From an uncultured Planctomycetaceae bacterium (GTDB lineage Bacteria; Planctomycetota; Planctomycetia; Planctomycetales; Planctomycetaceae), in assembly GCA_963815195.1 (NCBI GenBank), contig CAWFGE010000017.1:192001-256000 (forward strand): DNA of 64,000 nt, given 5' to 3'. Below, in pieces: positions 32,083 to 42,488 of the stretch. The position numbers and the translations under genes are program-made. Position 1 is the first letter of the stretch. Every line of letters starts with the position of its first letter. The notes under the pieces were generated by a model. The model had not been told where the DNA came from. It saw only the letters and a list, made by a program, of their open reading frames with translations, and ran no database searches.

Positions 32083-33273
32083 CTATTTTCCGCCGACGGG
32101 CTGCGATCGGATCGATTCTTGCTGTTCGACGGCTTTGAGGGGGATGGTCGGTTCGGGAATGGGGCGGCCGAGTTTTTCCAGAACATAGCGGTGGAAAACA
32201 TAGATCCGTTCTTCGCGGGTGCCGAGCACGCCTTTATGCCGGCTTTTGGTCAGGCCGCGCTGCTGGTGCGGAAAGATGTTCAGATCTTCCCACATGATTT
32301 TCCGCATCGTGTGCCGGCTGATGATTGCCAGGATCCACGCGAGGTAAGCGGCCCAGGGATTCCGCTTGCTGCCCCGATACGAATACATCCGCAGTTGGAG
32401 CCGGGTGCGACCGGCGCCGACGGGCAGGTAATTCACGAAGTAACTGAAGAGGCCGCCGGTCGTGATAATGACCGTGTGGGGATGGATGAGCGTGTGCACA
32501 TAGAGGTCGGTGGGTTCGTTGCCCAGCCAACGGGCGAGGCGGGGCTGCCAGAATCTGAGGTCCCGCGATTCGACGTCGTATTCCATGGTGGTGTAGCGGG
32601 GATGCAAAATGTGCTCCTGGCGATTCTCGCTCGGATACATCCCCTTAAACGTTTTCATATGCATTTCCTGGACGTGGTACGTCTCCACGGTGTTCTCCAC
32701 CGGGATTTTCCAGTTGCATTCGAAGTCGTGTTCCCAGATGTCTTTGAGCTGCCAGGCCGGGGTGGTGAAGTTCTTTTCGATTATCTCGCAAAAAGGTGAC
32801 AAAAACTCCCGGAGCGGCGGGGCGTCTTCGCTCAAGGCGACGAAAATCAAATCGCCGCAGGTGTCCACGCGGAAGGTGTGGAGCCTGGCGTTCTCGCGGT
32901 CCCAGGGGCGAAAGCAACCGGCGTCCGGAATGCGGCCGGTGCGGCCCGCCTCGTCGTATTGCCAGCCGTGATATTGGCATTGGATGACGGGACTGTTCCC
33001 GCGAGGTTTCGAGGTGATCTCGCAATGCCGATGACAGCACAGATTCTCGAGTGCGTAAAATTGGCCGCCGGCTCGGCGAAGGATGATCGGACGGTCGAGC
33101 AGATCCAGCGTCACAAAGTCGCCGTCCTTGGGCAGTTCGGATTTTGTCGCCGCCAGATGCCAGACCGGCAGAAACACGTTTTCGACTTCCGCCTGCTGGC
33201 AGGCTTCGGAAGTGTAATCCTCCGGTTCGAGCAGGTATTCGAGTTGATGTTGATGTACAAACATGGCGGGCAA
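32083..33273 (-). CDS. Rieske aromatic ring-hydroxylating oxygenase alpha subunit
   Basis: Rieske C-x-H (CCHRH) and CQYHGW; mononuclear Fe ligands ENTVETYHVQEMH and ED. Confidence 0.9.
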   Translation of the reverse strand: MPAMFVHQHQLEYLLEPEDYTSEACQQAEVENVFLPVWHLAATKSELPKDGDFVTLDLLDRPIILRRAGGQFYALENLCCHRHCEITSKPRGNSPVIQCQYHGWQYDEAGRTGRIPDAGCFRPWDRENARLHTFRVDTCGDLIFVALSEDAPPLREFLSPFCEIIEKNFTTPAWQLKDIWEHDFECNWKIPVENTVETYHVQEMHMKTFKGMYPSENRQEHILHPRYTTMEYDVESRDLRFWQPRLARWLGNEPTDLYVHTLIHPHTVIITTGGLFSYFVNYLPVGAGRTRLQLRMYSYRGSKRNPWAAYLAWILAIISRHTMRKIMWEDLNIFPHQQRGLTKSRHKGVLGTREERIYVFHRYVLEKLGRPIPEPTIPLKAVEQQESIRSQPVGGK

Positions 33274-33437
33274 AACACAAATTGGGAAAACGGATTGGAA
33301 TTTTCATCCAGATTACATTGTACCGCCTGCGCAAACCACCCATCTTTCGACCTCAATGTCCGGAATTGGGTCGAATGGCAGGAATTGGAGAAATTGAGCG
33401 GGTCGGACCGATTGCTGACGGTTCGTTCGCCGCCGGG

Positions 33438-33647
33438 TCAGATCCACGAAAAGAGCCATTTCAAAAGCTCGATGGCGTTTTCGCCCCATAGGCCTCCCGA
33501 GACAAACCCTGCAAGCGCCGCCAGTCCGACGATGAGCCAGTTCATCGCCGAGAACCAGAAAAACAGAATGCACACCGCGATCAACGCGGCCAGGAACGCC
33601 CCGCAGCATCCTTCAAAGACAAATCGCAGGAGTCGGTCCGATGCCAT
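33438..33647 (-). CDS. Small two-TM membrane protein
   Basis: 69 aa, two hydrophobic helices; same strand as neighbours. Confidence 0.6.
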   Translation of the reverse strand: MASDRLLRFVFEGCCGAFLAALIAVCILFFWFSAMNWLIVGLAALAGFVSGGLWGENAIELLKWLFSWI

Positions 33648-33662
33648 TTGGCTTTCGAGTTC

Positions 33663-35456
33663 TCACTCGCAGCGGCGGAGACAGACGAGGCACATGTCGT
33701 CGGTTTGCGGATGGCCTTGGCTGAAGGTTTCCACATCCTGGATGACGCCCTGAACGAGTTCTTCGGGATCGGCGGGGCCGTCGGCGAGATACTTGCTGAG
33801 CAGTTTCACGCCGTAGAGATCCAGTTTGGGGTTCATCGCTTCGGTAATGCCGTCGGTGAAGGCCACGAACGTGTCGCCCGGTTTCAAGGGGACAACGGTT
33901 TCGCGAAACACCTGGTCGGGCACGACGCCCAAAGGCAATCCGCCGATCTCCCGGCCGACCTGCTCGACCTCGCCGGACGCGTGCCTTAACAAGGGCGGCA
34001 TGTGTCCCGCGTTGGCGATTGTCAATTCGTGGGTCTTCGGATTCAAAATGGCGATCACGCAGGTAATGAACCGAAACCCCAAGCCGCTCGAAGCAATCTC
34101 GCGGTTCAGCCCGGTCATGGCTTTGGCGACGGAGGATTGCGTGAGCAGATGAAACCGCGCCGCGGAGTACAAGCGGGCCATCAACAGCGCGGCGGGAATT
34201 CCTTTGCCGGCCACGTCCGCCGCCGCAACCGCCACGTTTTTGTTGCGGAGCGGGACGTAATCGAAATAGTCGCCGCCCACGCTCTGGGCCGGCTCGTAAT
34301 AGTCGTAAAACTCGTAGCCTTTGATGCTCGGCCGCTGGTTCGGCAAGAATCCCAACTGGATTTGCGTGGCGACTTCCAGATCCCGCTGGATCTCCCGCTG
34401 ATGCACCAATTCTTCGTGCAAGCGGGAGTTCTCCACTGCGAGCGCCGCCTGCGAAGCGACGCTCACCAGCAAATCCAAATCGTCCTGCAAAAACTTCTGC
34501 TGCACGTTGTGCGTGGCGATTTGAATGACGCCCATCGGGTCGTTGTCTTTGGACATGAGCGGCACGCACATCATCGAATGGATCTTCAGCCCCGGAACGC
34601 TGTCGCTGGTGCGGAACCGCTCGTCGGCGACCGCGTCGGCGCTCAAAATCGCTTCCTTGGATTCGAGGGCTTTGCGGACGATCGTCATGCTCTGCCCGAT
34701 GCCGGTCCCTTCATTGTTCCGGCGGGATTTCGCGGCTTGGAGCGTGAGCGTGTCGCTTTCGGCTTCCTGCAGCATCACAAAGCCTTCGTCGGCCTGCGGG
34801 AAGATCTCGAACAGCTTGTCCAATAACTCCTTGGACACATCCTCCAAAGTCAGCACGTGCGCGAGCGCGTTGCTGATGTCCAGAATCGCCCGCAGCTTGA
34901 CTTCGGGCTTCACGCCCAGCCGCAAGTTGCTGCTGCCGCCGCCCACGTCCATCGTGCTGATGATGGACGATGCTCCCACGTGCTCGCCCTCGCCTTTTTT
35001 GCCGGGGGACTTGGAGCGGACGACGTTGCCGGTGATCGTCACGCCCCCGATCAAATCCGAAGTGGACCGGCTTTTGGACTTGTCCTTCCCGCCCAGAAAC
35101 ACGCTGGTGTCGCCTTTGCGCATGACGGGCGTCGGCGGGGGCGCGGTTTCGGGCGGCGGGCTTTGCACGTGAAACCGAAACCCCACGTCGCAGACTTTGA
35201 TCTCGTCCCCTTCCTGAATCTCCGCCCGGCCGTCGATGCGGGTGCCGTTGAGGTACGTGTGGTTCCGGCTGCGGAGATCCTCCAAATAAAAATGCCCGTG
35301 GCTTTCCAGGATCTGCGCATGGTGCCGGCTGACGGCGGCGTTGTCCAACACGATATGGCAATTGGGATGACGCCCCATCACCATCCGCTCGCCGTGAAGT
35401 TCCAAAATCTGGCCGGGGATCGCCCCCCGTATGACTTTCAAAAAGGCCACAGTCAA
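33663..35456 (-). CDS. FHA-GAF-SpoIIE (PP2C) protein phosphatase
   Basis: FHA (GR..., SRHHA, SRNHT), GAF (SMMCVPL), PP2C (GGDYFD, DVAGKG, NAGH, TDGITEA, DDM). Confidence 0.93.
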   Translation of the reverse strand: MTVAFLKVIRGAIPGQILELHGERMVMGRHPNCHIVLDNAAVSRHHAQILESHGHFYLEDLRSRNHTYLNGTRIDGRAEIQEGDEIKVCDVGFRFHVQSPPPETAPPPTPVMRKGDTSVFLGGKDKSKSRSTSDLIGGVTITGNVVRSKSPGKKGEGEHVGASSIISTMDVGGGSSNLRLGVKPEVKLRAILDISNALAHVLTLEDVSKELLDKLFEIFPQADEGFVMLQEAESDTLTLQAAKSRRNNEGTGIGQSMTIVRKALESKEAILSADAVADERFRTSDSVPGLKIHSMMCVPLMSKDNDPMGVIQIATHNVQQKFLQDDLDLLVSVASQAALAVENSRLHEELVHQREIQRDLEVATQIQLGFLPNQRPSIKGYEFYDYYEPAQSVGGDYFDYVPLRNKNVAVAAADVAGKGIPAALLMARLYSAARFHLLTQSSVAKAMTGLNREIASSGLGFRFITCVIAILNPKTHELTIANAGHMPPLLRHASGEVEQVGREIGGLPLGVVPDQVFRETVVPLKPGDTFVAFTDGITEAMNPKLDLYGVKLLSKYLADGPADPEELVQGVIQDVETFSQGHPQTDDMCLVCLRRCE

Positions 35457-35928
35457 CTCTCCGGCGGAACCGGTTGGCGAACGGAAACGTTTAATGCTTC
35501 ACTCGGATGTCAAAGGTCAAACCATGCGTCTGTCCGCGCCAAATGCCAAGTGATGAGATCGAGCGCGAGCCCCTCACTCTGCATTCGCCGTCGTAGAAAA
35601 GACCGCCCGGGCCAGGCCGCCTATGTTCGCGATTTTATCGAGACCCGATGGCGTGGGTCAACAACCGGATTTTCCGAACCGGGTTTGATCCAGGGGAAAA
35701 TCGCGTCAAGCAGGAACTTCCGCCCTCTTGGTCCCCGCGATTGCCGGAGCCGGCGGTCGGGGGACTTCTGGTTTTACCGGGTTTTTCGAAGTTTATGTCA
35801 TGTTCCAGAAGCCCAGGGTGGTTCTCTGGCGTAGGATTTCTACAATCACACCAACCTTCCGGGTCGCGGATCCTCCGGGATTCGTCTCCCATTTTTGCGT
35901 CCAAAGCCTGGAGAAAGCGCGGCTCAGG

Positions 35929-36894
35929 ATGACTCAATTCACGATCCAAGAAGAGGCCCTCGGCACCGAACCGTTCCGCTGGGATGTCCTCGCGGGCTTG
36001 CTCCAATCGCCGAAGGTCCTGCCCTGCAAGTATTTTTACGATGAAGCCGGGTCGCAACTTTTCGACCAGATTTGCGAGTTGGACGAATACTATCTGACCC
36101 GCACGGAGCTTCAGATCATGGAGGACCACGCCGGCGAGATGGCGGGTGCCTTTGGACCGGCGTGCGTGCTCGTCGAATACGGCAGCGGCAGCAGTTGGAA
36201 ATCCCGGCTGCTCCTGGACCGCTTGGACGGCGGGTCCGTCTATGTCCCCGTGGACATCGCCCGCGAGCACTTGCGGCAAACCGCCGCCCGGCTGGCCGAC
36301 CAATATCCGGATTTGCGAATCCGCCCGGTCTGCGCCGATTTCACGATGCCGTTCGTGCTCCCCAAACTTCGCCCGAACGCCGGCCGCACGATTGTCTACT
36401 TTCCCGGTTCGACCATCGGCAATTTCCCCCCCGCCCGCGCGGTGGACCTGCTCAAACAAATGCGTCGGCTCGCCGGCACAACCGGCGGGATTCTCATCGG
36501 CGTCGATCTGCCCAAGTCCCGCGACATCCTCGAAGCGGCTTACGATGATGAGCAAGGCGTGACGGCCCGGTTCAATCTCAATCTGCTCCACCGCATCAAC
36601 CGCGAATTGGACGCGGACATCCCCGTGGACCGTTTCGAGCACCAGGCGATTTTCAACGAGCGGGAAAGCCGGGTGGAGATGCACCTCGTCTCGGCCGAAG
36701 AGCAAACCCTGACGATTGCAGGGGCCGAGTTCGACTTCGCCGAGGGCGAAACGATCCACACCGAGAACTCCTACAAATACGGCCTCGAGTACTTCGCCGA
36801 CCTCGCCGCCCAAGCCGGTTTATCCGTCCGCCGCGTCTGGTGCGATGCCGAGAAACTCTTCAGCGTGCAGTTTCTGGTTCCCAGCGAAAACTAA
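35929..36894 (+). CDS. egtD: L-histidine N(alpha)-methyltransferase
   Basis: KYFYD..GS.LF..IC.L.EYY.TRTE, EYGSGS, FPGSTIGNF, AYDD..GVTA.FN.N, IHTENSYKY. Confidence 0.93.
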   Translation: MTQFTIQEEALGTEPFRWDVLAGLLQSPKVLPCKYFYDEAGSQLFDQICELDEYYLTRTELQIMEDHAGEMAGAFGPACVLVEYGSGSSWKSRLLLDRLDGGSVYVPVDIAREHLRQTAARLADQYPDLRIRPVCADFTMPFVLPKLRPNAGRTIVYFPGSTIGNFPPARAVDLLKQMRRLAGTTGGILIGVDLPKSRDILEAAYDDEQGVTARFNLNLLHRINRELDADIPVDRFEHQAIFNERESRVEMHLVSAEEQTLTIAGAEFDFAEGETIHTENSYKYGLEYFADLAAQAGLSVRRVWCDAEKLFSVQFLVPSEN

Positions 36895-36999
36895 AGGCGA
36901 GCGGCCGGTGTAAGCCGGCCGGTTTCCCCCGATCGCTTAAGAAGATTTCCGTCTCGAATTATACGGTATTCAAGAAAACGACGTTTCAAAGCATTCCAC

Positions 37000-37184
37000 C
37001 TCAAACTGTAAGCCTTTGGGTGGCTGGGCGCAAATTCTCCTTGGAGTAAGGCTGGAACTGTGAATGCTGGGGCTATGGCCGAGCGAGAAAAACTTCACAC
37101 AGCCCCAGACCTCAAATCTGCTTTTTCCTTGGAACATTCCATTGCGCCCCAGCCACCCCCTCCACTTTCGACTTACAGTCTGAG
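37000..37184. mobile_element. Complete 185-bp MITE-like element with 13-bp TIRs and 6-bp TSD
   Basis: CTCAAACTGTAAG ... CTTACAGTCTGAG (1 mismatch), flanked on both sides by TTCCAC (36994..36999, 37185..37190). Confidence 0.8.
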
Positions 37185-37221
37185 TTCCACGTAACCCGGA
37201 GGCTGACACCTCCGGCTCGCC

Positions 37222-38253
37222 TTATGGTTCGCTCGGTTCCGCTTCGGGAAACGTATAGAGCATCGCGGTCACGGCCCAACTGCTGCCGGCGATGGAGACG
37301 AACTGATCCTTCTTGTGCGGAAAGCCGCTCTCGAAATAGGTCTGGATGGGTCTGCTTCTGGTGGCGACTTTCCAGGAACCGTCCGGGAGTTGAGTATCAA
37401 GGAGAAACTTGAGGCCGCGCTGATAGCGGGGATCGGTCGTCTTCAAGCCGCCGGTTTCATAAAGCGCAACGAGCACCGTGCCCGTGGCGTAGGCGTCGCT
37501 TTCGAGGTCGTCCGTCTGGGTCCAGCCGCCGTCTTCCCGCTGGCGTTCCAACAGTTCCTCCGCCGCGGCCTTCCGCTGCTCCTCATTTCCCAAATAGTTC
37601 AAAATCCGCAACCGATACACGCGGTCTTCAGTGTCCTTCGGCTCGGCGGTTTCGAGCCATTTCGAAACCTGCTCCCGGCGGCCGGCGATTTGTTCCTGTT
37701 GGGCTTCGGTGCCGAAATGTTCGAGCCCCCGCAAAGTCACATACGTCGAAGCAAACGAACTGGCCCCCGTCGGCGGGCGGTGGCCCGGCGGGTTCCAATG
37801 GCCCTGCTGCTTTTGATAATCCAACAGAAAATGCGCCACCGCCGCGGTCGTCTCATCGGGCTTGTAATCGCCGCTCTCCAAAGACCACAAGCCCCACGCG
37901 GCCGTGTCCACCCGCCCGCCTTGGCCTCGGCCCTCGGCATATTGCTTTTTCCCGCCTTTGAGATGCTTGATCGCCCGCTGGAGTTGATCCGCGAAATTCT
38001 CGCGGTCGATCTCAAACCCCCGCCGGCGGGCTTCGGAAAGCATCACCATCGGCATCGCCTGATGATGGCACGAAAAACACTGCCGCTGTTTGAGGTACTC
38101 TTGGGAACTCATCTCGATCAGCGAAATCCCCTTCACGACGGCCGCGCGGAGCTGAGTTTGATCCGGCTCCGCGGCAACCGCAATTCGCGAACATGCGGCG
38201 ACAATCAACCCAAAAACCAGCCACCAACGAAATCGCAATGTCGAGCCGATCAT
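37222..38253 (-). CDS. Prenyltransferase/squalene oxidase repeat protein (secreted)
   Basis: Signal peptide, CFSCHHQ, QW-like repeats (QREDGGW, TQLPDGSW), SDAYATG. Confidence 0.82.
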   Translation of the reverse strand: MIGSTLRFRWWLVFGLIVAACSRIAVAAEPDQTQLRAAVVKGISLIEMSSQEYLKQRQCFSCHHQAMPMVMLSEARRRGFEIDRENFADQLQRAIKHLKGGKKQYAEGRGQGGRVDTAAWGLWSLESGDYKPDETTAAVAHFLLDYQKQQGHWNPPGHRPPTGASSFASTYVTLRGLEHFGTEAQQEQIAGRREQVSKWLETAEPKDTEDRVYRLRILNYLGNEEQRKAAAEELLERQREDGGWTQTDDLESDAYATGTVLVALYETGGLKTTDPRYQRGLKFLLDTQLPDGSWKVATRSRPIQTYFESGFPHKKDQFVSIAGSSWAVTAMLYTFPEAEPSEP

Positions 38254-38485
38254 GGGGAACTCCTCATGGCAAAAAGTGCAAGGGGATTGTCTGATTCGAT
38301 CAAACCACAGAACGCTGAAAAGAGCAAGGTCCAGGTGGGAATCAAGGACCGCTTGAATCCCCAAGAAACAGCCGCGAAGCATGAGCGGCACGGCGCTCGC
38401 CGCCGGCTTTGATTTTGTGAATATCATTTCATCGAAGCCGGGGGCTAACGCCTACCGCTCAGATTCTCAAACCCGTTGCAAGGAA

Positions 38486-40071
38486 CTATTTCGGAATCCG
38501 GTTCAAGGTGTAATACGCATCGGGATGCAATAGGTTCTCGCCGGCTGCGCTTTGGACGCCGTCGGCGGAGAGTTCGTGCACGAAGAGTTCTCGGAGTCCT
38601 GAAACTTTCAATCGCACGCGCCGGCCGTCTTCGGACAGCGTTGCTTCTTCGATTGTGAGATCCTGTTTTTGGATTTCATCGCTGCCGTAGGTTTCGTGAT
38701 AGAGATAGGTGTAGCTGTTCATTTTATAGGACTTAGGATCGCCGGCGGTTCTTGGGTCCACGGGTTTGGTGAAGCGGAGTTCAAAGCCGTCGGGCCTGGC
38801 GCGCATTTCCTGGATTTCAAAAGGCGTCTTGCCGGTCCAGACGAGACGCTGGAGTCCATACGCGGCGGTGCCCAGGCTGCTCCAGCCGCGATTGGTCAGG
38901 CCCGCGAACACGCTGCCGTCGGTCCCTTGAGCCAGCCGCAATACCGCCGAGGCAAACCCGCTCTTGAAGGGAAAACAGGCCCCCTGGTACTCACCTTCAA
39001 TTTGTTCCAGGAACACGCGGTTGATGCCGGCTTGGGTGAACTCGCCGATGAAGAGCTGCCCCGCGAACGGCCCGAACTTGCCGCCGCTCGCATCGAGCAG
39101 AATGTCCGTCGCCGACTGTCCGACTTTTTTATAAGGGAACCAGACCGCCGGGGGTTTCATTGGCGGGAATCGTTTGAGGGCCGCGGGGTAAGGCAGGCCC
39201 GCGGGGATTTTTGTGATGCCTTGGATCGGCGAACCGGGCAGGCTCATCGAAGCCAAAGCTTCCGGGTGATGAAAGAACGCTCCCTTCCGCATGTGATGCA
39301 GCGAATTGGTTGGCACCCAGTTGCCTTGCTGGTCGGTATAAAACATATCGCCCGCCGCGTTCGCACCGAGGCCGCTGGGCGAGCGCATGCCCGCGCACAT
39401 CGGCACCAGTTCCCCGGCCGGCGTGACCATCATGCCCCAGCCCCGCCAGCGGCCTTGGCGATAGCCGAGCACGGGATCTCGAATCGTGCGATCCAACTGC
39501 TCGCCCTTCAGTCCCAAACCGATGTTGAGCGTCAGCCACAAATTGCCCTCGCCGTCCAGCTTCGGCCCGTAGGCGTATTCGTGATAATGCCCCGTCACGC
39601 CCCAGCCCTTGGCGACGGCGAGGTACTCATCGGCCACGCCGTCGCCGGTGAGGTCGCGCATCCGCGTGAGTTCGGACCGCTGCGCCTGTAAAACGCATCG
39701 CCGACTTTCAGAAGTCCGAGCGGCTCATGGAGAGCCGAGGCGAATTTTTTATAGGTCACATTTTTAGGCGGCTCGTCGTAAACGCCACCCAGAATCCAGA
39801 CTTCCCCTTTGCGAATCGCGACGGCGACGCGGTCGTCATCGAGCACCGTGATCCCGCTGATTTCGAGCGCCAACCCTGCGGGGGCCGGCTTCCAGTTCTT
39901 CGACCGCGAGTCTGTCTTCGCCTGCGAAGTCGCCACGGAAACGATGCGGTAATAATCACTCTCCTCCGCCGCGACTGCCGACGAATTGAATGTGGACCGG
40001 TATGCCGAAATCACGAATACGGCGCTCAAAATAATGGTCCGCACAGCGGAGCCCACGCGGTTTTTCACCAT
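38486..40071 (-). CDS. Secreted beta-propeller (sorbosone-dehydrogenase-like) partner of the cytochrome; frameshift at ~39687
   Basis: EPLGL...(Q)RSELTR, HEYAYGP, GMRSPSG, DQQGNW, GPFAGQLFIGE, YQGACFPF; split across ORFs 39595..40260 and 38486..39661. Confidence 0.78.
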
Positions 40072-42488
40072 TGATATTGCACCTCGATCGTGATTTCGGT
40101 CTTTATCGTGAGCGGAATGATCCATTCCATGAGCGCACCGCTTTCGCGGAGTCCGCCCGCATCTTTCAGTTTGCCAACAGAGACGCTCAAACCGGCCTCG
40201 TTCGTGAACGATCCGGCGGCTTTGCTCTTCAATGTCTTCCCCACATTCGCCCGGAACCAAAGCGGCTGCGACTCTTGGCCGGGCTTTCGCTTCTTGATTG
40301 TCAGTTGCCGGTTCAAGTTTTGCTCCCCTGCCGGGGCGATGCGGTCTTCGATGTCGAAGGAAGCAGAGCGGTACAAGAACGTCGGCACGCCGGCGGCATC
40401 CAATCTGTATCCCAGGTAGCGATAACTTGGATTCAAGCGGTCGTCCTTCGGCCAGCCTTCTTTATTGTCTTTCAACATCGCCAACGGCAAGCCGGCGGGG
40501 AACGAGATCAGATCATCGCCCAACGGTTCCGCGGGCGGCGTGAAGCGGCTGTACCACGTGCCCTGGGCATCCAAAAACCGACCCCGCCAGGCGACGGCGG
40601 GCCGGGCGGTCTCGGCATCAAACGCGAAGTGCACCTGCTGCGGAAAGCCGACCGCGATCGCATGCGTGCCGGCTTCCTTCATGAAGGTGCGAATCAAGAT
40701 CGGCTGCGATTTCGGTTTCAACTCAAAATCCTGCGAGCGGACCTGCTCGATTTTTTCGGGCAGCGGCTGTTTGTCGAGGTCTTTCAAATACGCCCACATC
40801 GCGGCGATCTGGCGGTCGGCGTCGCCGTGCAAAAGTTCAAGGTTTTGGCTCTTGCCTTTGGGGAAGAACGTGGGCATGCGCGTGCGGGGTTTGAGGCCCG
40901 CCGGGTTCAACAGAAAATCATGAAACCACGCCGGCTGCACCCGCTCGTCGATGCCTTCCAAATCGACGCCGACCACGCCCGGCAATGTCTCGCCGCGGAG
41001 CGGATGGCATTGTACGCAGCCGTTGTCCAACAACACGCGGCCGGCGTCGGTGAGTCCCGAAACCTTGCCGAAGACTTCCGTTTCGCTCGGCGGTTTGGCG
41101 GGATGATCGGCTTCGGCGAACAGGCCCGGCAACGTTTTGACGGCGCTCGCGGGAAACCGCGGCATGCGGATTCGCATGTGCGGCCGCACGTCGCCTGTGC
41201 CTTTGAGGACTTGATTGAGCCAACCGGTTTGCAGTTTGCGGCCCACGCCGGTCAGCAGGGGCGGCAAGCGGCCTTCATCGCCGATGTCCACGTGCCCGAC
41301 GGTTTCGAAAAACGGCCTGCGATACCGCCCCACGCCGCCTTGGTTCTCGCGCTCGTGGCAGGCATAACAGTTGAGCTTTAATAGCTGAAACGAAAGCCGA
41401 TCCCCCGCCGACGGTTTGAGCGGTTGGGAAGAAGTCATCAAGGCCTTGTTGACCGCGGCGGTTTGAACTCCGTCCAACTCAAAGTGCGGCCGTCCGCGCT
41501 GGGCTTCGCCGAAGCAGGAACGTTCCGAAGCTGTTGCCAGAGCCGATAACGGCTTCGCGGCCTGCATTTCCTTGACGCCCTTCACGTCATGGCAATTGAC
41601 GCACCGCAGTTCGGCGAACAAACGCCGGCCTTCTTGGATCAACGATTCGGGCGGACTGGGCGTTTCTTGTTGGGCTTCGGGCTTTTGATCGCGAAGCAGA
41701 TACGCCGCGATGTCGGCGGCATCGACGGGCTCTAATTTCAGGCTCGGCATCCGGCCGGCGGGGCGGGTTTTCTCGGGATCGAGCAAGAAGAACGTCAGCG
41801 ATTGGCGCGTGGACTTCGCGGGCAGATCGCCCAGGGGGATCGATTCGACCCGCCGGGCTTTCGCCGCCAGGCCCATCTCGGCGAGTTCCTGGGGATCGAG
41901 TTGCTCGAGCAACTGATCGAGCGGCGAGGGTTTGATCTCCACGGTTTCATAATCCGCATCCGCGGCATGGCAGGCAACGCAGCCGACTTGATGATAAAGC
42001 GACTTGCCGGCTTCGGAATTGCCCTTGTTCCAGAACTCAAACGGCACCGGATGCAGCCCGGATGCTTTGATGACCGGAAACGCTTCCCGTTGCGTTCCGA
42101 GAAACGCCGCGATCGCTGCAATCGCCCGGTCTCGTTCTTTATTGTCCCAACCGGCGAACATCTCCGGCATCGTGGTGCCCGGTTTGGTTTGTTGCGGGGA
42201 TGTGAGAAACCGCTTGATCCACGCCGGGTTGAGCCGGTTCCCCGCGCCATCGAGACGCGGCCCGCGTTTGGGCGGGAGTTGGCTGTTCTTCGTGGAATGG
42301 CACGCCGTGCAACTGAGTTCACTCAAAAGCAATCGGCCCGCTTGAAGTCCGCCGATTTCCTGATGCCGGGCGAAACGCTCGAAGCCGGCGACGAAGGGCG
42401 GCCTCCGCGGTTCGGCGCGGGCGGTTGAAACGAAGAGCATCCCCGCAATGAAGGCCGGTGCCCAATGTCCTCCACATTGCCAGTTCAT
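40065..42488 (-). CDS. Multihaem c-type cytochrome (5 CxxCH)
   Basis: CTACH, CVACH, CVNCH, CYACH, CVQCH, with downstream MP ligand motifs; signal peptide. Confidence 0.88.
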   Translation of the reverse strand: MNWQCGGHWAPAFIAGMLFVSTARAEPRRPPFVAGFERFARHQEIGGLQAGRLLLSELSCTACHSTKNSQLPPKRGPRLDGAGNRLNPAWIKRFLTSPQQTKPGTTMPEMFAGWDNKERDRAIAAIAAFLGTQREAFPVIKASGLHPVPFEFWNKGNSEAGKSLYHQVGCVACHAADADYETVEIKPSPLDQLLEQLDPQELAEMGLAAKARRVESIPLGDLPAKSTRQSLTFFLLDPEKTRPAGRMPSLKLEPVDAADIAAYLLRDQKPEAQQETPSPPESLIQEGRRLFAELRCVNCHDVKGVKEMQAAKPLSALATASERSCFGEAQRGRPHFELDGVQTAAVNKALMTSSQPLKPSAGDRLSFQLLKLNCYACHERENQGGVGRYRRPFFETVGHVDIGDEGRLPPLLTGVGRKLQTGWLNQVLKGTGDVRPHMRIRMPRFPASAVKTLPGLFAEADHPAKPPSETEVFGKVSGLTDAGRVLLDNGCVQCHPLRGETLPGVVGVDLEGIDERVQPAWFHDFLLNPAGLKPRTRMPTFFPKGKSQNLELLHGDADRQIAAMWAYLKDLDKQPLPEKIEQVRSQDFELKPKSQPILIRTFMKEAGTHAIAVGFPQQVHFAFDAETARPAVAWRGRFLDAQGTWYSRFTPPAEPLGDDLISFPAGLPLAMLKDNKEGWPKDDRLNPSYRYLGYRLDAAGVPTFLYRSASFDIEDRIAPAGEQNLNRQLTIKKRKPGQESQPLWFRANVGKTLKSKAAGSFTNEAGLSVSVGKLKDAGGLRESGALMEWIIPLTIKTEITIEVQYQW

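Noticed and set aside
35635..35700. SAM-I riboswitch (TTATCGAGA...CCCGATG...CAACC fragments)
   Set aside because: P2 kink-turn (GGAGGGACTGG) and GGTGC.AA.TCC core are missing.
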